Shown here: one piece after another, positions 48,543-60,120 of the stretch | Layout: the number at the start of each line of letters is the position of its first letter | How positions within the stretch are numbered: the first letter of the stretch is position 1 | DNA from: Macrostomum lignano | Lineage: Eukaryota | NCBI GenBank assembly: GCA_002269645.1 | Contig: NIVC01000106.1 | Location: 248,001 to 312,000, forward strand | Direction: 5' to 3' | DNA: 64,000 bases | Notes under the pieces: generated by a model | Seen by the model: only the letters and a program-made list of their open reading frames with translations | What the model was told of the DNA's origin: nothing | Databases searched by the model: none | Made by a program: the position numbers and the translations under genes

Positions 48543-51500
48543 TCATTTCTTCTTGTTCTTCTTTTTATTGCCAGTTTTCGGCTGCGACTCCGCCGCAGAG
48601 GCAGCAGACGCCGGCCGCCTTGACTGCTCCATGTCGTCCAGCCTCGCCTCCAACCGGCGATGCAGCTGGGCCCGTCGCACAGCCTCCCTGTTGGATTTTG
48701 GCGGCGCCACAGGACCGGAAGTAGCCGAACCGGAAGCGACTCGCCTGGCTGCCTCTCGGCAGCCTGACCGCAGCCGTGAACTTCCGGTACGAAATGGCTA
48801 AAACAGTAGCGCCTGCGGCAGTGTGCGCAGCCGTGGCCTACAGTGCGGACTGGAGTTTTACAGTCCGGATAGCCGCACACGGAGTCCATGGCGGCGAATT
48901 CGGCTAGAAGGGCGTCGAAATCTTCTTCAGTGTTGTTGTCGACGGCTTCTGCTTGTTGCTTTTTCTTGTTGGCTTGCTGCTTTTTTATAGCGGACCCGTC
49001 GGATTTTTGATTGCTGGCCACGCCAAGGACCACTAATTGGGAAAGATCTTGGCGGTGGCAAATTTTGTAATTTTATAAACTACTATTAAAATAAGCTTTA
49101 ATAGTGTCAATGGAAACAGACTCAACTACCATACACTGGGTATCCATGGCAATAGACTCAACTTACAGAGTGTCCATGGCAACAGACTCAACTATCATAT
49201 ACTGGGTGTCCATGACAACAGACTCAACTTCCAAGAGTGGCCATGGCAACAGACTCAACTACACTGGGTGTCCATGGCAACGGACTCAACTACTCTGGGT
49301 GGCCATGGCAACAAACTCAACTATCATACACTGGGTAGCCCTGACAACAGACTCAACTTCCCAGAGTGTCCATGGCAACAGACTCAACTACACTGGGTGT
49401 CCATGGCAACAGACTCAACTACACTGGGTGTCCATGGTAACAGACTCAACTATCATACACTGGGTATCCACGACAACAGACTCAACTACCCAGAGTGTCC
49501 ATGGCAACAGACTCAACTACACTGGGTGTCCATGGCAACAGAATCAACTACTTTGGGTATCCATGGCAACATACTCAACTACTCTGGGTGGCCATGGCAA
49601 CCAACTCAACTATCATACACTGGGTGTCCATGACAACAGACTCAACTTCCTAGAGTGTCCATGGCAACAGACTTAACTACACTGGGTGTCCATGGCAACA
49701 GAATCAACTACTTTGGGTATCCATGGCAACATACTTAACTACATTGGGTGTCCATGGCATCAGGAATCTCTTTGGTGTCCATGGTAACAGAAACTAGACC
49801 TACGCCAGTGGACGTGACAGCAAAAAAGTCAATCGGTTGCCATGGAAACAGAAACTAAGGTCGCTAGCATAGGCTAAAGCCGGTGCTCGAGTGCATAGCA
49901 ATCAACTATTCGTAAAATTCTCTTACCTCCAGTCTTTTTTTGGCTGCCCTTCTTGCCGCCAACAGCTCCACCGGATTCAACCGCAGCCGAAGCGCCATCA
50001 ACGGCCGCTCGCAACTGTCGATTTCGCATTGCCCAATCGCAGGCCACCCGGTGCAGTTCGGCGTTGCCAGGCGGCACCGGCTTGCCGCACACCGGGCAAT
50101 CAGTGGCTTCATTGGCAACCGGGCCGCTTGACAACGGATTGACCTTTGCGTTGCCAGCCGCTGACATTTGGTCAGACCCTGTTGCCATCTTGTCAGACTC
50201 TGATGCCATCTTGTCAGACTCCGATGCCATCTTGTCAGACCCTGATGCCGCCTTGTCAGACTCTGTGGCCATCTTTTCAGATTCTGTTGCCATCTTGTCA
50301 GACTCTGTTGCCGCCTTGTCAGACTCTGTAGCCGTCTTGTCGGACTCTGTTGCCATCTTGTCAGACTCTGTTGCCATCTTGTCAGACTCCGATGCCATCT
50401 TGTCAGACCCTGATGCCGCCTTGTCAGACTCTGTGGCCATCTTTTCAGATTCTGTTGCCATCTTGTCAGACCCTGATGCCGCCTTGTCAGACTCTGTGGC
50501 CATCTTTTCAGATTCTGTTGCCATCTTGTCAGACTCTGTTGCCGCCTTGTCAGACTCTGTTGCCGTCTTGTCGGACTCTGTTGCCATCTTGTCAGACTCT
50601 GTTGCCATCTTGTCAGACTCTGTTGCCGTCTTGTCAGCAGTCGCTCCAGAGACCTTAGATACAAGCAAGACTCTCCCGCCGCCTTCCCCAGCAGAATTTG
50701 CAGCATCCTCGTCGACACTTCTGTGCTGAAGCCCGCCGATGCGTTCGCACTCCTGATGGAAAGTTACGAAGCAAAGGAAAACTATTGTCAGGGCGATTTT
50801 TGAAGGGTAACTGAGGGCGATTCTCAGGGGGAACTGAGGGCGATTCTTAAAGGGGAGCTGAGGGCGATTCTCAGGGGGAACTGAGGGCGACTCTTAAAGG
50901 GGAGCTGAGGGCGATTCTCAGGGGGAACTGAGGGCGACTCTTAAAGGGGAGCTGAGGGCGATTCTCAGGGCGAACTGAGGGCGACTCTTAAAGGGGAGCT
51001 GAGGGCGATTCTCAGGGGGAACTGAGGGCGACTCTTAAAGGGGAGCTGAGGGCGATTCTCAGGGGGAACTGAGGGCGACTCTTAAAGGGGAGCTGAGGGC
51101 GATTCTTAAAGGGGAGCTGGGGGCGATTCTTAAAGGGGAGCTGGGGCGATTCTTAAAGGGGAACTGAGGGCGATTCTCAGGGGGAACTGAGGGCGACTCT
51201 TAAAGGGGAGCTGAGGGCGATTCTCAGGGGGAACTGAGGGCGACTCTTAAAGGGGAGCTGGGGGCGATTCTCAGGGGTAACTGAGGACAATACTCAAGGG
51301 GGAGCTGAGGGACATTCTCAAGGGGGAACTGAGGGCGATTCTTAAAGGGGAATTGAGGGCGATTCTTAAAGGGGAATTGAGGGCGATTCTTAAAGGGGAG
51401 CTGGGGGCGATTATTATAGGGGAACTGAGGGCGATTCTTAAGGGGGATTTTGATAGACTTCTCTAGCCGATTAGAGGTAAAAGGCCAGGGTAAATATGAC

Positions 51501-53316
51501 ATTTGTTCCCAAATTAGTAAATAAAAGCCTCGCCATCTAATTAGTGCCAATCATTAACAAATGCCTTACCTCGTGCAGCCTGGCTCTCTCGTAGGGATTC
51601 AGTCCGAGAAATCGAAGCTCCCCACCATCTTCTGTGAGAACAAATGCTACTCCAACAGCTGCAGCAGCTGACGACAAGTTATCCAAAGAAGAATTGGCTA
51701 ACAGACGAATAACATTGATTAGCTGTTCGATGCGAGCTTCTTTTGCTTCTTTGTCTAATTTTTGCTGCTTTTTATTGTTGCCACGTTTCTGCTGTTGCTT
51801 CTGGCTTTGACCGCCAGCTGATGGTTGAGATGGAGACGCCATCACAATGTCTGGGGAAGAAACAAAGAAAGCATAACATAACTGTGCTACTTAGAAGCTT
51901 TGATTTTGGGGACTCTGGATACAGGCTTGCGGATCCCTGGATACAGTCTTGGAGACCCCTGGATACAGGCCTGGAGATCCCTGGATAGGAGCTTGGAGAC
52001 CCTTGGATACAGGCCTGGAGATCCCTGGATAGGAGCTTGGAGACCCCTGGATACAGGCCTGGAGATCCCTGGATACAGGCCTGGAGATCCCTGGATACAG
52101 GCCTGGAGATCCCTGGATACAGGCCTGGAGATCCCTGGATACAGGCCTGGAGATCCCTGGATACAGGCCTGGAGATTCCTGGATAGGAGCTTGGAGATTC
52201 CTGGATAGGAGCTTGGAGACCCCTGGATACAGGCCTGGAGATCCCTGGATATAGGCCTGGAGATCCCTGGATACAGGCCTGGAGATCCCTGGATACAGGC
52301 CTGGAGATCCCTGGATACAGGCCTGGAGATTCCTGGATAGGAGCTTGGAGACCCCTGGATACAGGCCTGGAGATCCCTGGATACAGGCCTGGAGATCCCT
52401 GGATACAGGCCTGGAGATCCCTGGATACAGGCCTGGAGATCCCTGGATACAGGCCTGGAGATCCCTGGATACAGGCCTGGAGATCGGTGGATACAGGCCT
52501 AGAGATCCCTGGATACAGGCCTGGAGATACCTGGATACAGGCTTGGAGATCCCTGGATGCAGGCCTGGAGACCCCTGGATATGGCCTTGAAGACACTAAA
52601 TGATGTTGCGAATGCTAAGATTAATGATGGTCTGGAAACTCTTATAATGCTATAATAAACTATCAAGTGAAAACTACATTGCTAAACTTATTAGAGATTA
52701 GCACTTAAAGAAAGATGATTATAATAAATAAATACCAATATCTCACCGTCTAGCACATGCGCAAACTCGCTAGCAGACCTGACCTTCGCATTGGTCAGCA
52801 GATACTGAACAAATCCCGCTAGAACGCTGTCCCCCCGTCCAACTGTATCGCAGTCTCCGATGACGCACAGGTGTCGCCTAGCTCGAGTTACGGCTACATT
52901 TAATCGCCTATGCTCGGACAGAAAGCCAACAATTCCTTTGCGATTGGATCTCACTAGAGAGATTATAACCGCCTCCTTTTCGCGTCCTTGGAAACCGTCC
53001 ACTGAGCGAACTTCGACGCTTTGCAAATTGCTGGACGGAGTGGACTGCTGTTGCTGCTGCTGTTGAAGGGCAAGTCGAATGTGTTCGACCTGAAGGTTGT
53101 ACGGACTGATCACGGCTATGTCTGACGGAGCGAGACCGCTGGTAACCAGGGCCGATACGTGCTCTGCAAAGGGGCCAGTGTTTTGCTTAGTGTAGGCTTT
53201 GGAATCTAACTAACTGACTAACTAACTGACTAACTAACTGACTAACTAACTAACTGACTAACTGACTAACTAACTAACTGACTAACTAACTGACTAACTA
53301 ACTAACTGACTAACTG

Positions 53317-53367
<51 letters not shown>

Positions 53368-53444
53368 GACTAACTAACTAACTGACTAACTGACTAACTA
53401 ACTAACTAACTAACTGACTAACTAACTAACTAACTGACTAACTG

Positions 53445-53475
<31 letters not shown>

Positions 53476-53485
53476 GACTAACTAG

Positions 53486-53523
<38 letters not shown>

Positions 53524-53568
53524 GACTAACTAACTAACTGACTAACTAACTGACTAACTAACTAACTG

Positions 53569-53602
<34 letters not shown>

Positions 53603-53648
53603 CAGCTAACTAACTAACTGACTAACTAACTGACTAACTAACTAACTG

Positions 53649-53698
<50 letters not shown>

Positions 53699-53701
53699 CA
53701 G

Positions 53702-53746
<45 letters not shown>

Positions 53747-53905
53747 CAGCTAACTAACTAACTGACTAACTAACTGACTAACTAACTAACTGACTAACTA
53801 ACTGACTAACTAACTAACTGACTAACTGACTAACTAACTAACTGACTAACTAACTAACTGACTAACTGACTAACTAACTAACTAACTAACTAACTGACTA
53901 ACTAG

Positions 53906-53955
<50 letters not shown>

Positions 53956-54036
53956 GACTAACTAGCTAACTAACTAACTGACTAACTAACTGACTAACTA
54001 ACTAACTGACTAACTGACTAACTAACTAACTAACTG

Positions 54037-54070
<34 letters not shown>

Positions 54071-54128
54071 CAGCTAACTAACTAACTAACTGACTAATTA
54101 ACTAACTAACTGACTAACTAACTAACTG

Positions 54129-54186
<58 letters not shown>

Positions 54187-54224
54187 CAGCTAACTAACTA
54201 ACTAACTGACTAACTAACTAACTG

Positions 54225-54270
<46 letters not shown>

Positions 54271-54316
54271 CAGCTAACTAACTAACTGACTAACTAACTG
54301 ACTAACTAACTAACTG

Positions 54317-54359
<43 letters not shown>

Positions 54360-54369
54360 GACTAACTAG

Positions 54370-54402
<33 letters not shown>

Positions 54403-54425
54403 AAACTGACTAACTAACTAACCAG

Positions 54426-54474
<49 letters not shown>

Positions 54475-57400
54475 AAACTGACTAACTAACTAACCAGCTA
54501 ACTAACTAACTAACTGACTAACTGACTAACTAACTGACTAACTAGCTAATTAACTAACCAGCAACAATGGCGGCCTCCCCAGGATTAGCTTTGGACATCT
54601 CAGAATCGTCAGACTCCAGCTCAGCTAAATCGCAGCCAGCAGTATCAACAAGCAGCAGAGGCGGAAACTCGTCGTCGTTTTCGACGCCATCCGACACGGC
54701 GGCGAAGCCGGGCAGATCGGCCAGTCGGTGCCCGGCCACCGACTCGTGAGAAATCAGCTGATTAGAATAAAAAGCTTCCGATGACCAGAGCATAATATCG
54801 CGATGCATTCGATACTGTACAGTCAGCAGCTGGGTGGCTTCGGCTGATCTAGGCAGCAGGCGCTCCATCAGGGTGACAGCGAAGCCGGCAGCAACGGCGC
54901 GTTCGCTGCGCACAGTCGGCGGCAGCTGGTAGGGGTCGCCGGCCAGGATGCACTTGGGAGCTCGGGGCAACGCCAGCCAGCAGGCTGCTTCCGTGGCCTG
55001 CGAGTGGATGGGGGCGATGGGTGCACTTTTAATAAAGAACCAAACAAATGTACTTTATTACACTCACCTCACTCCAATTTCCTACCCCTCACTACACTCA
55101 CCTCACTCCACTTTTCCTCTACCAATACACCCACCTCACTCCACTTTCCTACCCTCCAATACACCCACCTCACTCCACTTTTCTTCACCCCAATACACCC
55201 ACCTCACTCCACTTTTCCTCTACCAATACACCCACCTCACTCCACTTTTCCTCTACCAATACACCCACCTCACTCCACTTTCCTACACTCCAATACACCC
55301 ACCTCACTCCACTTTTCTTCACCCCAATACACCCACCTCACTCCACTTTTCCTCTACCAATACACCCACCTCACTCCACTTTTCCTCTACCAATACACCC
55401 ACCTCACTCCACTTTCCTACCCCTTGATACACCCACCTCACTCTACTTTCCTGCCCTCCAATACACCCACCTCACTCCACTTTTCTTCACCCCAATAAAC
55501 CCACCTCACTCCACTTTTCCTCTACCAATACACCCACCTCACTCCACTTTCCTACCCCTTGATACACCCACCTCACTCCACTTTCCTGCCCTCTAATACA
55601 CCCACCTCACTCCACTTTTCTTCACCCCAATACACCCACCTCACTCCACTTTTCCTCTACCAATACACCCACCTCACTTCACATTTAACCTTCGCCCCAA
55701 TACACCCACCTCACTCTACCTTCCTGCCCCTCAATACAACCACCTCTCTCTCCACCCTCCCGCCCCTCAATACATCCACCACCCTCTCCACCCTCCTACC
55801 CCTCAATACTAGTACACCCACCTCACTCCAATATTCTACCCCAGCACATGCATTAGCCCGATCAAAAAGCCCGTGCACTCACCTGAGAGCACTCGTCAAT
55901 AACAGTGGCATCAAACTGTATTTCTTTCAACGTAGAATCGTCATTCAAGCCGCCAACAGTGAGAGTGCAGAGCACAGCCTGAGCTCTAGTCAGAATGGCT
56001 TTAACACAATTAGCTTCCCGTTGACGCAGCTCAGACCTGAGATTGTGCAGCTCGGCTCCTATTCGTCGATTCCGACCGCCGCTAAGCAGCTTGTCAATGT
56101 CGGCTCGGACGTCGGCAATAATTCGACGATCCTCGCTGCGAGCGAGTAGAGCGTCGAGCGAATGCTCAACTACCTGAGGCAGCTGTCTGGCCGGGTGACC
56201 GAGACGAACGCAGCGAACTCCGGACGCAATCAAGCGCTCGGCCAGATTGTCCACCTGTTTGGTGGGTTGTTGTTTAAAAAATTCGTCTAATTTTGTTATT
56301 AGAATGCTCTATAAATCTTACTAAAAGTAAGGCTTCAAATGATACTAGATTTGGAGATGGGGATTATTGCCATCTGGAGATGGGGATTGTTGAAATCTGG
56401 AGATGGGGATTATTGAAATCTGGAGAGATGGGGATTATTGAAATCTGGAGAGATGGGGATTATTGAAATCTGGAGAGATGGGGATTATTGAAATCTGGAG
56501 AGATGGGGATTATTGAAATCTGGAGAGATGGGGATTATTGCCATCTGGAGAGATGGGGATTATTGAAATCTGGAGATGGGGATTATTGAAATCTGGAGAT
56601 GGGGATTATTGAAATCTGGAGAGATGGGGATTATTGAAATCTGGAGAGATGGGGATTATTGAAATCTGGAGAGATGGGGATTATTGAAATCTGGAGAGAT
56701 GGGGATTATTGAAATCTGGAGAGATGGGGATTATTGCCATCTGGAGAGATGGGGATTATTGAAATCTGGAGAGATGGGGATTATTGAAATCTGGAGAGAT
56801 GGGGATTATTGAAATCTGGAGAGATGGGGATTATTGAAATCTGGAGAGATGGGGATTATTTCCATCTGGAGAGATGGGGATTATTTCCATCTGGAGAGAT
56901 GGGGATTATTGAAATCTGGAGAGATGGGGATTATTGAAATCTGGAGAGATGGGGATTATTGAAATCTGGAGATGGGGATTATTGAAATCTGGAGATGGGG
57001 ATTATTGAAATCTGGAGACATGGGGATTATTGAAATCTGGAGAGATGGAATTATTGAAATCTGGAGAGATGGAATTATTGAAATCTGGAGAGATGGGGAT
57101 TATTGGAATCTGGAGAGCGCGTCACTCACAGCCGTATTAGACGGAGCGCAGCACAGCAATCGTTCGCCCCTAGCAACCAACTGCCGAACTAATTCCACCA
57201 CAGTGGTAGTCTTGCCAGTGCCCGGCGGTCCGTGTATCATTACAAGATCGCTTCGACGCAAGCCCAGTTCAACAGCGGCGCGTTGGGATTCGTCTAGATG
57301 GGGATTGAAGTACGAGACGCCTCTGCTGCTGCTGCTGGCTGCCGTTGACTCGCCAGAAGGTGGCGGCAGATCGCGTGTTGGTGCCAGCGACCGCTCGCCA

Positions 57401-58172
57401 AGCAGCAGGTCGGCAAGTGAGGGCGGCTTCTGCAGTAGCGCCAGAAGGCCTCTGGGCAGTTTGCGATGGCAGAGTGAAATTTCAATTATTTTTAGTCCTT
57501 CGTACTGGCTTGAGACACCCTCCCCACTCCGCTCTCTGCCCCGCTCTTGAGACACCCACGCCACTCCGCTCGCTGCCCCGCTGCTGAGACACCCACCCCA
57601 CTCCGCTCTCTGCCCCGCTTTTGAGACACCCACCCCACTCCGCTCGCTGCCACGCTTCTGAGACACCCACCACACTCCGATCTTTGCCCCGCTTCTAAGA
57701 CATTCATCCTTTTTACTCACTTTTTCAATCTCTTAAACGTAACATCGGATCCCAGCTTGACAACACTGTACTTATAGCCAACCTCAAGTTGACCATCGCC
57801 AGATGATGCAGCACTAGAAGCCTGATCCGTTTCCATGGCAACGCAGACAGCTCTAGCCAGAACCTTAGTAACAATACCAGAACCAATCTGTTGCTGTTCC
57901 TGTTGGGAATGGAAAATTCCGACAATATCGCCGGGTGCAATAGAATGAGACGGCAAGTCTTTTGCTCTCTGATAAGTCTCAAATTCCAAAACTCGACGGC
58001 CGTACATTCCGGTCGCTTGAGAAGCTAAATAAATCTTGTGCAATGCCAGGCCCTTGTCCTGAAGAGCTCGGGCTGAGGATTTTAATAAATCCTGCTCGGC
58101 AGCCATCTCTTCTTGGCGTTCTAGCGATACCAGCTCAAGCTGACGCTGTACAAACTCTTCCAACTGTTCCAT
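48543..58172 (-). CDS. IGHMBP2: DNA-binding protein SMUBP-2 (SF1 helicase, R3H, AN1 zinc finger); exons 58172-57721, 57451-57130, 56254-55883, 54997-54559, 53163-52747, 51850-51570, 50752-49927, 49032-48543, with an apparent 1-nt deletion near 48758
   Basis: FVQRQLELVSLER, GPPGTGKT, CCAPSNTAVDNL, RLGHPAR, VIDECSQA, LAGDPYQLPPTV, QYRMH, VDGFQGREKE, RRLNVAVTRAR, R3H and the AN1 finger C-x4-C...CxxC..YCFSH..PEVHGC. All seven intron phases match. Confidence 0.95.
49105..49850. repeat. ~31-bp degenerate minisatellite (GGGTGTCCATGGCAACAGACTCAACTACACT) rich in X-box-like motifs, IGHMBP2 intron 7
   Basis: About 18 CCATG(G/A)(C/T)AAC cores; GTTGCCATGGAAAC at 49836-49849. Confidence 0.9.
50170..50640 (-). 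repeat. Coding 21-bp minisatellite (SDKMATE heptads, ~22 units) inside IGHMBP2 exon 7
   Basis: The frame is open and continuous from the R3H end to the C2HC finger and the GTAAGA donor. Confidence 0.8.
50790..51440. repeat. ~23-bp minisatellite (GGGGA[A/G]CTGAGGGCGA[T/C]TCT...), IGHMBP2 intron 6
   Basis: Direct reading. Confidence 0.94.
51905..52590. repeat. 22-bp minisatellite (CCTGGATACAGGCCTGGAGATC), IGHMBP2 intron 5
   Basis: Direct reading. Confidence 0.96.
53205..54558. repeat. (ACTA)n microsatellite filling IGHMBP2 intron 4
   Basis: On the sense strand it is (TTAG)n and begins at the donor GTTAGT itself. Confidence 0.97.
55060..55850. repeat. ~33-bp minisatellite (AATACACCCACCTCACTCCACTTTTCCTCTACC), IGHMBP2 intron 3
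   Basis: Direct reading. Confidence 0.94.
56355..57115. repeat. 25/23-bp minisatellite (GGGGATTATTGAAATCTGGAGAGAT), IGHMBP2 intron 2
   Basis: Direct reading. Confidence 0.96.
57500..57700. repeat. Degenerate ~41-bp repeat (GAGACACCCACCCCACTCCGCTC...), IGHMBP2 intron 1
   Basis: About 5 units. Confidence 0.85.
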
Positions 58173-58377
58173 CGTTTTTATTTGTTCTGAATGGAAAATT
58201 TTCATTTTAAAATTGTAATTAATTGGTGATTTTAGAGTTAGCATAGATCACTATCTACATTAGGGCAGGAACGACTCTGTAAATGACATGCAAGATATGC
58301 TGGACGAGTCGAGACGTCATGACACGATGCAAAGTTGTCTAAAATTCTCCAGAGAGGGGAGCCTAGGCATTCTCTAA

Positions 58378-58650
58378 GATGCCGCAAGTGACTCTGGGAT
58401 GCCGCAAGTGACTCTGGGATGCCGCTAGTGACTCTCTTGGATGCCGCAAGTGACCCTGGGATACCGCAAGTGACTCTGGGATGCCGCTAGTGACTCTCTT
58501 GGATGCCGCAAGTGACTCTCTAGGATGCCGCAAGTGACTCAAGGATGCCGCAAGTGACTCAAGGATGCCGCAAGTGACTCAAGGATGCCGCAAGTGACTC
58601 AAGGATGCCGCAAGTGACTCAAGGATGCCGCAAGTGACTCAAGGATGCCA
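58378..58650. repeat. ~20-bp minisatellite (GATGCCGCAAGTGACTC...) upstream of IGHMBP2
   Basis: Direct reading. Confidence 0.93.
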
Positions 58651-58849
58651 AAAAACTCTTAAAAGCTTATAATATCGACACAACGCCAATTGGAAACTAG
58701 CATATGGTTGTTAGTACTTTTAGAAAGTTAGAGAATTATATCAGAATTATGAGTTGTATCACAGAATCGATTAAATGGTTAACAAATCTCACTAAGAGTC
58801 ACTAGACAGTTATTTACTAACTACGATTGCTGAACGTAGCTAAATTATT

Positions 58850-59001
58850 ATGGCAACGCCTTGTATCAGGGGAGACTGAAGACACGGGAATTTTCTCTCA
58901 TCGTCGTATGCTGAGTCTGATACCTGAGTCTGACCTGGAATCGAACCTAGAACCTTCGGCAGTCGGCACAGAAGATATGTCGCCAAGGCACAAGACAAGC
59001 C
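58850..59001 (-). mobile_element. tRNA-headed SINE-like fragment
   Basis: Reverse complement contains B-box GGTTCGATTCC (58947-58937) after a degenerate tRNA-like 5' half; no cloverleaf. Confidence 0.45.
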
Positions 59002-59639
59002 AATAACTACTATTCTACTAAAAACACTCTGGACAAATTAAAAAAAATTAAGACAAAAGTTTCATCTGTAGCAATATCTTGTTTCTTTTAGCAACAGAGC
59101 CAAGTTTTATTTGCTATTTTTCGAAAAAAATGTTCTCGTCATTATAACAAAACAATACAGTTTTAAGATACAGAACGAAGTTATAGCTGAATTAAGTATA
59201 GGAAAGTATCGATAATAAGAAGAATATTACCAGTAGGTTAATATTAAATAACAGTTTAATTTGGGATTTTTTTCCTTTTAAAATTTTGACCAAAAAGTTT
59301 ATGGCGTCATTTCTAACCGGACAAGTCGAGAAATGCAGACCGAACACTGGGATAAATAATTCCGAAAGCGTTACAACATTTACTTCCTATACTTATTTGA
59401 ATGTTCGTCTAGTTACCGTGTAATATAGGCTACCTTTCATTTCAAGTTGTAAACAAAACAAAATACCGACTCTAATTTAGTCAGTGGATGCGAATAGCAA
59501 AATTAAACTTAATGCAAATATTAAAAAACCAATAGATCTTAATAGGTCTTAATAATCCTAGATTTTTTGTCATTTAAACGTGTTATCAACGGACAGGAGA
59601 AACCTTAGTCACGATTGGCAAATCTTTTGAGGCTGCTAC

Positions 59640-60000
59640 AGCAACTGGGGATCTGGGAGGCTGATGGCCCAGCAACTGACACTCTGGGAGGTTGGCCCAG
59701 CAACTGACACTCTGGGAGGCTGGCCCAGCAACTGACACTCTGGGAGGCTGGCCCAGCAACTGACACTCTGGGAGGCTGGCCCAGCAACTGAGGATCTGGG
59801 AGGCTGGCCCAGCAACTGGGGATCTGGGAGGCTGGCCCAGCAACTGACACTCTGGGAGGCTGGCCCAGCAACTGACACTCTAGGAGGCTGGCCCAGCAAC
59901 TGACAATCTGGGAGGCTGATGGCCCAGCAACTGGGGATCTGGGAGGCTGATGGCCCAGCAACTGAGGATCTGGGAGGTTGGCCCAGCAACTGAGAATCTG
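59640..60000. repeat. 28-bp minisatellite, same family and orientation as 42310-42700
   Basis: GGCCCAGCAACTGA(CACT/GGAT)CTGGGAGGCT units, including the same +GAT variant. Confidence 0.95.
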
Positions 60001-60120
60001 GGAGCATGTTGTGTATACATCTACACAAAAGAATTTCCACAATGTCCCGGACATTTAGCACTCCGTCTCCAATCTTCCAGGGTTAAATAACAGTAACGAA
60101 TGCAGGTAATAAGATCCGCA

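Noticed and set aside
53164-53206. Alternative upstream TAG acceptor for IGHMBP2 exon 5 adding 14 aa in frame
   Set aside because: The TTTGCAG acceptor at 53164-65 gives GEAAIVAEHVSAL, which aligns without a gap to human GEVRLVSLHIQAL.
57829-57842. X-box-like GTTTCCATGGCAAC inside IGHMBP2 exon 1
   Set aside because: Explained by the codons for V-A-M-E-T; a single coding occurrence is not informative.
58870-58910. Possible hammerhead ribozyme cores (CTGAAGA / CGATGA..GAAA)
   Set aside because: No correctly spaced CUGANGA-stem II-GAAA with supporting stems found here or at the other CTGATGA hits I inspected.
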